A DNA stretch of 64,000 bases from Podarcis filfolensis (lineage: Eukaryota). Position 1 is the stretch's first letter; the number at the start of each line of letters is the position of its first letter. Under the pieces are notes generated by a model, which saw only the letters and a program-made list of their open reading frames with translations, did not search any database and was not told the origin of the DNA. Below, one piece after another: positions 38,795-49,119 of the stretch. Made by a program: the position numbers and the translations under genes. The stretch is taken from the NCBI GenBank assembly GCA_964270895.1, contig OZ185450.1. One strand, 5' to 3'.

Positions 38795-39883
38795 ATGGCA
38801 GATGGTAAAGAGAAAGGGGAGTTACAAGAAACAACCTTGAGATCTGGCAGACAATACAAAATTGACACTTACATGCAAAGAAGGGCTTCTGTAACAGGAG
38901 CCTCTGGAACTATAGTGGCTGCAAAGCCAAAAGCGAAAGCAATGTCTACAGAAGAATCATTTGCCAAGGTATTGGAGAAGATAAATGACTCTTTGGAGGA
39001 ACTAAAAAAGCAAGGTGCGGAGACTAAATTGCAAGTTGCTGAAACTAAAGTACAAGTTGCTGAAACAAATAAAAAAATTGAAGAAATCTCTGGGAAAATT
39101 GACCTAAATACTAAAAGTATAACTGACCTAGGGAATAAAGTGAACTCAAATGCAGAAGCAATTGGGAAATTATTGGAAGATTCATCTATAACACGAAAGA
39201 TAGCCGAGGAAGCTAAGGAAATTGCAACTGCTGCGGAGGAAAAATTTCCACCAGTTTACAAGAAATTGGATGAATATGAACTGGCACTCTCTATGCAGGA
39301 TATGCAACGCAAGGAGAGGAACCTGAGGATCAGACTTGTGCCGGAAAAGGAAGGAGAGAACTTGGTGGATGATTTGACAAAAGAATTTTCTGATTTTTGG
39401 AAGCAGGAGCTGAAGAAAGAAGATTTTAAGATAGAAAGTGCATTTAGATTGGGAATAAGACAGAAGAGAAATCGACCCAGAGATTGTCTTATTACCTTAA
39501 GATCAAAGGAGGAGCAAGATAAAATATTGAACCTGCACTACCAAACAGCCCTTCAAATTGAAGACTTTTTTATTGAGATCTTTAAAGACATCCCTAAGAG
39601 TATCTTGGACGCAAGAGGACATTATAAAGACCTGGTGACACTGCTGAAGAAGAACTACATACCATTCAGGTGGGAATTTCCCCAAGGCTTGTCTTTTAAA
39701 TATAAGGGAAAGAAGAGAAGAATAAAGACTGTAAGTGATAAAGACAAGTTCTTGGGAGAACACGAAGAAGACCTACAGAAAGAGACATTTCCAGGACAAG
39801 GGCATCCATCACTGGACACGAACACGGTACCACCGACAGACGAGGAACAAAAACAGGGAGCTGTAGGAGGAAGGAGTAAATAA
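38795..39883 (+). CDS. ORF1: L1 ORF1p: RNA-binding chaperone with coiled coil, RRM and CTD (Transposase_22-like)
   Basis: 362-aa open frame. Long heptad-rich N-terminal half, then RKERNLRIRLVPE, IESAFRLG, RPRDCLITL, IFKDI and LKKNYIPFRWEFPQGL, matching L1 ORF1 motifs RRNNIRIIGIPE, IERAHR, PRPIIVKF and the CTD. Lies directly upstream of ORF2. Confidence 0.93.
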   Translation: MADGKEKGELQETTLRSGRQYKIDTYMQRRASVTGASGTIVAAKPKAKAMSTEESFAKVLEKINDSLEELKKQGAETKLQVAETKVQVAETNKKIEEISGKIDLNTKSITDLGNKVNSNAEAIGKLLEDSSITRKIAEEAKEIATAAEEKFPPVYKKLDEYELALSMQDMQRKERNLRIRLVPEKEGENLVDDLTKEFSDFWKQELKKEDFKIESAFRLGIRQKRNRPRDCLITLRSKEEQDKILNLHYQTALQIEDFFIEIFKDIPKSILDARGHYKDLVTLLKKNYIPFRWEFPQGLSFKYKGKKRRIKTVSDKDKFLGEHEEDLQKETFPGQGHPSLDTNTVPPTDEEQKQGAVGGRSK

Positions 39884-39890
39884 TCCCATC

Positions 39891-42800
39891 ATGGCTCTGC
39901 AACTTCTAACCTGGAATTGTAATGGCTTAAATATTCCCAGGAAGAGAAAAAATATATTTCATGCCTTAAAGAAAGACCAATTGGACTTGATTTGCCTACA
40001 AGAGACCCACGTGACAAGAGCACACAGAAAATTATTAATAAATAAAAGACTGGGACAGGAATTTATATCTTCAGACAGAGTAAAAAAGAGAGGAGTGGTG
40101 ATCTATGCAAAAGAAAAATTGCAACCGAAACAAATTTTTAAAGATGATCAAGGAAGATATTTGGCAATTGAAATTCAATCTCAAGGAGAGAAGTATTTGA
40201 TAGTGGGAATCTATGCACCAAACGAAGGGAAAGCTGAATTTTTTAAGAAGTTGCATGAAATTTTGATGGACCATATGGATTACAACTTAATTTTGATGGG
40301 AGATATGAATGGAGTGGTTTCAACAAATATGGACAAGGCACAAAGACAGGTAATAACAAAAGATGGAAGACTACCAAAGACTTTTTTTGAAATGACTGAC
40401 AATATGGACTTGATTGATATTTGGAGAACAAAACACCCATTAGAAAGAGAGGGAACCTTCTTTTCTGAAGCCAAAATGACATGGACAAGGATTGACCAAA
40501 TCTGGGTGACTAGCAGTATGGCTCCGAATATAAAAAAAGTAGAAATCTGCCCAAAAACTTTCTCCGACCATAATGCTGTAAAGATGGTGATGAGGCAAAC
40601 AACAACTGGTTCCTTCAGATGGAGAATGAATGACACCTTATTTAGAGACGAGGAGATCTGTAAGAAGGCCCAAAAAACCTTGAAAGATTATTTTGAAATC
40701 AACTTAAGGTCTGAAGTAGAAAAAAGAATAGTATGGGACGCAAGCAAAGCCGTGATGAGAGGGTTTTTGATTCAGCAAAATACTTTAAAGAAGAGAAAGC
40801 AAAATGAGAAAAAGGAGAGAATTTTGGAAAAGATAAAAGAAGGGGAAAAACAATTAAGATCGAAGCCAAAATCCCAAGAGATTCTAAGAGAAATCAAATT
40901 TCATCAAACACAATATATGGAACTGATGAATCAAGAATTAGAGTGGAGAATTAAACAAATGAGACAAAAGACTTTTGAATCTGCTGATAAATGTGGCAAG
41001 TTACTGGCTTGGCAAATAAAGAAGAGACAAAAACTCAACACGGTAACAAATATAGAAGTGGAAGGAAAAAACATAAGCAACCCAGCGGAAATTAGGAATT
41101 GTTTTCAGAACTACTTTAGACAACTTTACACACAAGGGCCGCAAAAAGAAATGGACATACAACAGTTCCTCAAGGAAAATGGGCTGAAAAAGGTTTCGCA
41201 TGAAAGTAAGATAATATTGAACCAGGAGATATCAGCACAAGAAATAGAAGATGCCATTCAAGGCATGACGCTGGGCAAATCCCCTGGACCGGATGGACTG
41301 ACTTCCAAATATTACAAAGTTTTGAAGGAAGGGTTGATACAACCTTTGAAGGAAGTCTGCAATGAGATTATGGAGGGGAAAAGGGCACCCGATACGTGGA
41401 GAGAGGCCTACATTACACTTATACCAAAGACAGAGACTGAAAAGACCCAACTTAAAAACTACCGACCCATCTCGTTATTGAATGTGGATTACAAAATCTT
41501 TGCTGATATTTTGGCAAAAAGACTGAAGAGAGTTTTGATGGAGGAGATTCACGGGGACCAAGCGGGCTTTCTCCCAAAAAGGCACTTGTCGAACAATGTA
41601 AGGAATATAATTGACATTTTGGAAAAGCTGGAAGTGAACATAAACACTAAAGCTGTTTTGATATTTGTGGATGCCGAGAAAGCCTTTGACAACATTTCTT
41701 GGAGTTTTATGTTGAAGAACCTCCGGGGGATGGGGGTAGGCCAAGGGTTTGAAAATGGTATAGGTGCAATATACTCTGAACAGAAAGCCAAACTAATTGT
41801 AAATAATGTGGTTACAGAAGAGTTCAAGATTGAAAAAGGGACACGTCAGGGGTGCCCTATCTCCCCACTACTTTTTATATCGGTCCTGGAGGTTTTGCTT
41901 AATATGATTAGGAGGGACCAGTTGGTTAAAGGGATTCAGGTCGGAGCTAAACAATATAAACTGAGAGCATTTGCAGATGATTTAGTACTTACATTGCAAG
42001 AGCCAGAAGCTAGCACGAAAAGAGTTTTGGAAATAATTCAAGAGTTTGGTCAAATGGCAGGATTTAAATTGAATAAGTCTAAGACAAAGGTTTTGGAGAA
42101 AAATTTGACACAGATAGAAAAAGAAAGGTTTCAGAACGAGACAGGGTTGACTGTGGTTAAAAAAGTGAAATATTTGGGTATAAATATGACAGCTAAAAAT
42201 GTGAATTTGTTTAAAGATAATTATGAAAAAACTTGGAGAGAAGTGAAAAAAGATTTGGAGATTTGGTCCAACTTGAAGCTTTCCTTGTTAGGCCGTATTG
42301 CAGCTATAAAGATGAATGTATTGCCAAGAATGTTGTTTTTGTTCCAAGCATTGCAAATAATTGATAAAATGGATTGTTTCAAGAGGTGGCAAAAAGACAT
42401 ATCTAAATTTGTCTGGCAGGGCAAAAAGCCCAGAATTAAATTTAAGATACTAACGGATTCAAAGGAAAGAGGGGGGTTTGCCCTGCCAGACTTTAAACTT
42501 TACTATGAAGCGGCAGCTTTCTGCTGGCTGAAAGAATGGCTACTTCTTGAAAACACAGACATTTTGGATTTGGAAGGTTTTAATAACATTTTTGGGTGGC
42601 ATGCATATTTGTGGTATGACAAGGTTAAAGCACATAAAAGTTTTAAAAATCATATTGTCAGAAAAGCACTACTAAATGTCTGGGACAGATATAAAGACTT
42701 GCTGGAAAATAAAACTCCAAGGTGGCTGTCGCCAATGGAAGCTAAGGCAGTTAAAAAGTTAAATATGGAGTCCAAGTGGCCAAGATACTGGGAAATTTTG

Positions 42801-43628
42801 GAAAAGGAAGGGGACAAATTGAGATTGCAGAGTTTTGAGAAATTAAAAGGGAAGGTGAGAGATTGGTTCCACTACCATCAAATTAATGAAGCGTTTAAAC
42901 TGGACAGTAAAATTGGCTTCCAGGTGGAAAAATCAAAATTGGAGACAGAACTGTTAGAACCCAGTACTAAGAATTTGTCCAAAATGTACAATTTGCTGCT
43001 GAAATGGAATACACAAGATGAAACGGTTAAATCGGTCATGATTAAATGGGCTCAGGACATTGGTCATAATATTTTGTTTGCTGATTGGGAAAAGTTGTGG
43101 ACCACCGGGATAAAATTTACGGCATGTAATGCCTTAAGAGAAAACATTATGAAAATGATATATAGGTGGTACATAACCCCAGTCAAGCTTGCAAAGATTT
43201 ACCATGTGCCTGACAACAAATGTTGGAAATGTAAAGAAACTGAAGGTACATTTTTTCATCTTTGGTGGACCTGCCCGAAGATTAAGGCATTCTGGGAAAT
43301 GATCTATAATGAACTTAAAAAGGTATTTAAATATACTTTCACCAAGAAACCAGAGGCCTTTCTCTTGGGTATTGTCGGCCAAGGGGTGTTAAAGACGGAT
43401 ATAACTTTCTTTATGTATGCTACAACAGCAGCTAGAATACTCATTGCGAAGTACTGGAAGACGCAAGAACTACCCACACTGGAAGAATGGCAGATGAAGG
43501 TGATAGACTATATGGGCTTGGCAGAAATGACGAGCAGAATCCGAAACCAGGGAAGAGAAGCAGCGCAAGAAGAATGGAAAAAATTCAAGGACTATTTAAA
43601 GAAATATCATAAAGTTAATGAAAGTTAG
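39891..43628 (+). CDS. ORF2: L1 ORF2p: APE endonuclease, reverse transcriptase, C-terminal CCHC region
   Basis: 1245-aa open frame. APE motifs TWNCNGL, LQETH, IYAPN, MGDMN, TRID, FSDH. RT motifs KSPGPDG, YRPISLLNVDYK, DQAGF, VDAEKAFD, GTRQGCPISPLLF, AFADD, KYLGI. Zinc knuckle CWKC...FHLWWTC. Confidence 0.98.
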   Translation: MALQLLTWNCNGLNIPRKRKNIFHALKKDQLDLICLQETHVTRAHRKLLINKRLGQEFISSDRVKKRGVVIYAKEKLQPKQIFKDDQGRYLAIEIQSQGEKYLIVGIYAPNEGKAEFFKKLHEILMDHMDYNLILMGDMNGVVSTNMDKAQRQVITKDGRLPKTFFEMTDNMDLIDIWRTKHPLEREGTFFSEAKMTWTRIDQIWVTSSMAPNIKKVEICPKTFSDHNAVKMVMRQTTTGSFRWRMNDTLFRDEEICKKAQKTLKDYFEINLRSEVEKRIVWDASKAVMRGFLIQQNTLKKRKQNEKKERILEKIKEGEKQLRSKPKSQEILREIKFHQTQYMELMNQELEWRIKQMRQKTFESADKCGKLLAWQIKKRQKLNTVTNIEVEGKNISNPAEIRNCFQNYFRQLYTQGPQKEMDIQQFLKENGLKKVSHESKIILNQEISAQEIEDAIQGMTLGKSPGPDGLTSKYYKVLKEGLIQPLKEVCNEIMEGKRAPDTWREAYITLIPKTETEKTQLKNYRPISLLNVDYKIFADILAKRLKRVLMEEIHGDQAGFLPKRHLSNNVRNIIDILEKLEVNINTKAVLIFVDAEKAFDNISWSFMLKNLRGMGVGQGFENGIGAIYSEQKAKLIVNNVVTEEFKIEKGTRQGCPISPLLFISVLEVLLNMIRRDQLVKGIQVGAKQYKLRAFADDLVLTLQEPEASTKRVLEIIQEFGQMAGFKLNKSKTKVLEKNLTQIEKERFQNETGLTVVKKVKYLGINMTAKNVNLFKDNYEKTWREVKKDLEIWSNLKLSLLGRIAAIKMNVLPRMLFLFQALQIIDKMDCFKRWQKDISKFVWQGKKPRIKFKILTDSKERGGFALPDFKLYYEAAAFCWLKEWLLLENTDILDLEGFNNIFGWHAYLWYDKVKAHKSFKNHIVRKALLNVWDRYKDLLENKTPRWLSPMEAKAVKKLNMESKWPRYWEILEKEGDKLRLQSFEKLKGKVRDWFHYHQINEAFKLDSKIGFQVEKSKLETELLEPSTKNLSKMYNLLLKWNTQDETVKSVMIKWAQDIGHNILFADWEKLWTTGIKFTACNALRENIMKMIYRWYITPVKLAKIYHVPDNKCWKCKETEGTFFHLWWTCPKIKAFWEMIYNELKKVFKYTFTKKPEAFLLGIVGQGVLKTDITFFMYATTAARILIAKYWKTQELPTLEEWQMKVIDYMGLAEMTSRIRNQGREAAQEEWKKFKDYLKKYHKVNES

Positions 43629-45656
43629 AATGATGTTGGACTGGAAAGTAAATGGTTACTATTAGCAATGGTTAAGACAAGGAAAATAAGGAAGAATAGT
43701 CTAAATTTAAAAAAGGGATGTTAGTCATGTAGAATTCTCCATTATTGTGCTGTGCTGCAGCATCCTAAACAATGTACCTAAACCAGCCTCAAGAACATTA
43801 GAAGAACCTGCTGGATTAGACTAACAAGACCAGAATCCTGTTTCTCAAAGCTGCCAGGCAGGAAATTATGAGAATATTCCTCTCAGGTTGTTTATCCTCA
43901 GCATCTGGTCAAAATACCTCTGAAAATGGAGTTCCCATCCAGCTGTTAGTTCCTCTGTTTCTGACTCAATCTGTGAGTGCTGTTGCTTGTGTAGTCAAAA
44001 TGCCATTGCCCACGGACAAGAGGGTGGCTTTGGCAGGCTGCTGTGCAGAAGTACAAGGTTTTTTTTTTTGGGGGGGGGGAATCTTCAAAGGGGGAACCAC
44101 ACAGAACAGCCCACCAAGGACTGAGTGTACACAGTGAACACACTGAAAGGTGACCTTCTCTGGGTGGGAAGAGAAACTGAAGACTGGAGGGAGGAGGGGG
44201 ACTGTAGTAGAGTGGCTGATCTTCTGAGCAGGGAGCACCTTCCAAACATGGCCAGCATCTTGTTTCCAGCCCTGCTTGTCCCAGCCAAACGGCATTAATG
44301 GACCCATGCGCTGTGAATTTGTCTGATCCTCTTTTAAAGCCATCTAAGCCTGAACCCATCAGCACATTTGCGGCAGTGAATTCCATCTGTTAATTTCACT
44401 CCATGTCGTTCTTGTTTTGAGAATAGCTCCTTGCAATGATCAGCGGCTTCCCTGCTTACCCAAGTGGCGTGAATGCGCCAGGGATTTTTACAGTCTCCAG
44501 TGTCTTTTCACGGTTCCTTTCCAACTTATTTATGTGCTGGCCTCTCTCCCCACCCCCACCCCGGCAACAACAACAAAAACCCCTTTGAGGCCTGCCCTGC
44601 TTTGGCAGGCTCTCCTTTCAGAAGAAACCGAAGACTGTGATTTACTGCCATGGCCCTGGTTGGCGCTGCCTTCGCCTCGCCCCTTATCAGGGTGTTCTCT
44701 CCTTTCTGCTAACATGCCACTGTGTCTACATGACTGATGGGGAGAGAAGTTCAGTTAGGTCAGCAAGGTGGCCGATTGCGTGCATGAGAGGAGGGAGTCA
44801 GGAAGGAGATTTCTTTGTCAGTAATTGAAGTGTTTCAGTTTTCAGTGTGAGGAGGCACCTCTCTTTGGGGTAGGGGGCCAGCTCAGAGACCAGGGGTGGC
44901 AACAGCAGCTGCCCGGAGGACTCCCAAGGAGAGAGGAGGGTGTTTGAAAAAGGGAGAGAGGCTGCCAGCTCTGCAAGCAAGGGGTGACATAACTGGGCTC
45001 CTGAGCCCCAGAGGGGTGCTGCAGAAAGAATTCAGCTGGTCAAGGGAGCCGTGGACTCAAAAAGGTTGAAAACCTCTGAATTACTAAATTGGCTTCTCTT
45101 GTCTTTCGCTGTTTAAAAATCAGCGTAGTTCTGATTCTAGCTGATAGTCTTGCAGGGGAAAGTTTTTCAAACTTATTTGTAAAATGAAAAAGTTTCTAAA
45201 ACAAGAAAAGGCCATTAAAATGAGAAAGTACTGCAGAAATTCAGAAGAGAGGCAGATTTTGCAAATCTCTCCAGGGAAGGTAGTACCGCAAGATTTCCGC
45301 CATAGCAATTTACATGTGGGATGGAGAGAAAGGGATTCATGTCCCTTCCCCCACACTTCTTTTTTTCACTACTGCCATCTGTTTTGTTGCTTAAGTGTTC
45401 CTCCCTTGAATCCACCATGGAACAGCACTGTGTGATGGTGTTCCAAGTGGGTTTCTATATGTGTATGGGGGGAAGCTGCCAGTTGATGGGTGCTAAGAAG
45501 ATCCGTATTCTTTTTACTACCATTCCCCCCCCCCCCCCGCCTTGAAATGGCCCTTCCCAGTTTCACTACTTGCAAATATTTGTGTGCATGTGGTGGATTT
45601 CAGATCAGCCTTAATTTTTTACAGTCTTGCAAGTAGTATAACATGCATTCTGAGCA

Positions 45657-45770
45657 AATAATAATAAAAATTTTATAATTTATACCCCGCACATCTGACT
45701 GGGTTTCCCCAGCCACTCTGGGCGGCTCCCAACAGAACACTAAAACAGAATAAAACTTCAAACATAATAA
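45657..45770 (-). mobile_element. 3' fragment of the same L2-like element as 11098 and 30865
   Basis: TTTATACCCCGCACATCTGACTGGGTTTCCCCAGCCACTCTGGGCGGCTCCCAACA with an (AAT)n-type tail. Confidence 0.7.
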
Positions 45771-48700
45771 TAATAATTTTATCATTTATAAATAATAATC
45801 TCAGGATGCTTCCAGACAGATGCTTATTTTGGGATTGGGATTCCTCACATACACAGCTTTTTTTTTTGCAGCATTAGCACAAAGCTGTTCACGTAAAAAT
45901 GTCCTTCGCTCCTTTCAATCTGGGTTTTCCTTTCTCGGTAAAAACCACTGCCCTGTTTGTGATACCTCAATGACCTGCTTGCAAATTAAGCCCTATTAGG
46001 AAGCTTCCCAGGTTGGGACTGTATGCTAAAAGAAAAACAAATAATTCACTTTAAAACTAAAAGCAACTTCAGCTTGAAAACTTTTTTCTTTCCCATATAT
46101 ATTTTGGGAATTGTTCTCATTTCTGCCACTCAGAAAGGCAACTCCTTCGGTCATAAAAATGCTTTATGTTAATTGCACACATACGAAATAGAGAATTGAT
46201 TTGTTTTTTGTTGTTGTTCTGCAGGGCATGGCTATGAATCAAAATGCACCACTGCAAGGCAGAAGGGGCTGTTTGAATGTCTGTTTCTTGACTTTTTTTT
46301 TTAAAAAAGTAATCAGTGGTAATGAGTTATCTTGCCATTGTGTGCACTGATTGCTATGGTGTTGCTGCTTCTATGGAGTTAAAACTTTATTTGGCATGAA
46401 CACTGTGACCTTTGAATCACTATTGTGGCAGCACAACACCACAGATGTTTGTGGTATGTAAGGACCCATTTGCCGAATTTAGGTGACTCTTATGATCAAC
46501 GTGTTTTCACAGGTGTTGCATAGATACACCTGTGCATATTTGAAGTGATGTGATGTTTGCCAGCATTTCTGTTTTGAGTTCTGTCGGTTAACTGGGAGGA
46601 AGTGGAAGCACAGAGAAGGAAAAGGCACTGCACTAGATACTCTGGCTGGGCTCTTGCCTTTGTTTTTGCTTTTACAAAGTGGGAGGAGAAGTGGAAACTT
46701 GCAAGAGTTATAGGTTATGCTTTAACATAGCCTTTTGTTCCATTCCTCCCTTTCTTTGCTTCTGCTCGGATTTCTTCCTTAGTTCATCTGCCTTGGGTAG
46801 CTAAGCTTCCAGATGGTAACTTATCCCCAACTGTCATAGTGGCATGGTGGGTGATTGACAGCATATTGCCCTGATCTGCTCCTGAGATGGAACCCGTGGG
46901 GCTCAGAGAGCTCCTAGTCAGCAACACGCTCTGACAACTTCTGGGACCAGACTGAAGCCTTTCACACCTTGACGTCCAGTACCCCCTCTCATGCTTTGCC
47001 CTCTCCTTGCAAACTGGAGAGCCAGCAGGATATAACTTGGAAAAGGAATACAGGGAAGTGAAATGTACCGAAAAATGGTGGTGTTTTCGTGCAGTAACAC
47101 CTGCAAAAATCTGCAGTGTGGTGGTTGGGAAATTGAAGAAGCTGCTGACCTTCTTGTCTCGAATCATTATGTTAAGCATCTCTGGCTTGGTTCAACTATG
47201 CTGATAGTCTGCTTAATTCACAGCTGGCAATTTAGTGTTAATGGTGCTATATCAATCAGCATCCTCAAATCATTAGGGACTAATGGAACCTGTATTTTTT
47301 TCCCCATGCCTTTCCTCCTGCTACGACTCATCTGGTTACCAATTTCCAAAATGTGGCTGCCTTCCATAATTGGCTCTCCCCTTATCTCTTGATGGTTATA
47401 CTGTCTTTGCTTTGCATCTTAAAGGTAAGACCCTTTCCCAGAAATGTTTTAAATAATTTAGTTTTGCAACACAATAATGAGAGCTGCACTTGACTTGCTG
47501 ATTTAATCAGCTGATTAGTCAACTATATAGCTTCACTTGATAAATTGACCAGGACACCATTTTAATCTGCAAGAACAAAATCTGAGGCCTTTCTTTTTCT
47601 CACTTAGTGCCATAATAAGGAATGTTTTAAAGAGTATAGTAAAGATGGCTTCAAGTATAATGGCCCCCCTGTTAATATGAGAAACATCTATCTCAAAAAA
47701 GCCTTGTCCAGCTTTCCTCTGGGGAAAACCTCTCTTTAGTGCTCCATCAGCGCAAACAGCAATTTGGGTTGACGTTTGCTCCAATTTAGCGCTAAAGAGC
47801 AAGCTTTCTTTGGGAAAGGAGCTGCGCAAGTGAAAAACTGCCTAGACCTGTGCTTTCTAGGCACAGGACAAGTAGAAAAGTGCATGAGCCTTAAGCAACC
47901 TAGGTTTCTATCCCCACTATTGTTCCCTTTGTGATAAGCTAGGAGCTGACTATGCGTGGCAGACAGTGCTCTGATGCATTGTGGTTTGTCAAGTTGTGTT
48001 AATGAAGAGGATGTATTGGGACACGAGGATCTTCTCTGTAATTCATCAGCAGTGGTGGTAGCCTTGTAAATTCAAATGAAGTAGGATATACAGGGAATAA
48101 GCTGTTGGGCAAGTGGGTCTATTGGGATCTCTGATTTGCCTGTGTGTTCCACCAAGGGAGATGAGATGAGCCTCCTTGATTGCCAGTATTGCCATCTAGG
48201 TTGACAGCAACTTGCAAATGCAGCCTGCATAGCAGCTCTTGAAACTGTTTAATGTGTAATAAATCTATCTTCAAAGACAGTAACTATTCACATGTAAAGG
48301 TCTCATTTAACTAGAGGGTACAATAAGGAACTGAGGTCTCCAAGCCATAGACAAGATTGTCTGAGATTGTCCAGAAACATTTTCCTATTCTCCCATGCAA
48401 TGAGGAATTGTATGTGAAAAGGAAGTGGTGCTTCATTAATGCAGAGGCACAAAGGAAGCAGATGGATAATTTGCTGAGGAAATTCTCTCTTCTAGTTTGC
48501 TTTATGCCTCTGCTCTCCTTAAGCTCTCTGCTCTCCTGTAGTGGGCAACGTTTTTGCCCCTGTGGACCAAATGCTGACAGTGGGAGAACCTATGCTCATT
48601 CTCTTCCTGTCCTCTCTCCTCTGACACACACAGCCTTCTCCCCCCATTCTCTCTCACACATAGCCACCTTCTCCACTTTCACTCTCACCCTAAGCACTTC

Positions 48701-48963
48701 CCGATCTCAGGATGTAGGGGACCCCATGTTGGGACCCCATCACGCCTCCCCACCTCATGTTGTCTACACTTCTGTGGTGTAGTGTTCACATTTCTTCATT
48801 TTTGACTGCTTCCAGTGGCAGAGACTTAATGGATAGTTGGATTTTTTTGGTGCTGCTGGAGTTTCCTTTTTTTTACCCCAATATTTTTTTCTGAATTCCT
48901 GTCGCATTCAATTGTCTCCAGGTAAAACTGATTACGTTAATCTTTTTCACACTTTCCCTTCAC

Positions 48964-49119
48964 CAGAGGCGGAGCTAACTGCTCTGGCATTAGGAGCGGC
49001 GCACATGCCGTGCACCTGGGAGTGGCGAGTGTCCCAGGGGGGCAGCGCAGCGATGTCACCCCCCCATGAATGACACCTGGGGCGGGCCACACCTACCACA
49101 CCCCTTTCCTCCGCCAGTG
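48964..49119. mobile_element. 156-bp GC-rich hAT-type MITE
   Basis: TIRs CAGAGGCGGAG / CTCCGCCAGTG, perfect 8-bp TSD CCCTTCAC at 48956-48963 and 49120-49127. Confidence 0.85.

Larger units (their letters stand above)
38059..43705. mobile_element. L1-clade LINE insertion with an internal inversion
   Basis: Perfect 17-bp direct repeat TTTAAAAAAGGGATGTT at 38042-38058 and 43706-43722. It encloses a minus-strand 3'UTR/AATAAA/A-tail (38059 to about 38245) joined to a plus-strand 5'UTR-ORF1-ORF2-partial 3'UTR. Confidence 0.92.
37851..43771 (+). mobile_element. Possible solo LTR of about 257 bp (37851-38058 plus 43723-43771) split by the L1 insertion
   Basis: With the L1 removed the segment begins TG and ends CA, carries AATAAA at 38028-38033, and is flanked by TTGTA / ATGTA (4 of 5 match). 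Tentative. Confidence 0.3.

Noticed and set aside
39503-43382. Several 65-118 aa minus-strand ORFs inside the L1
   Set aside because: They are antisense shadows of an A-rich coding strand, which has few stops on the reverse frame. No domain motifs.
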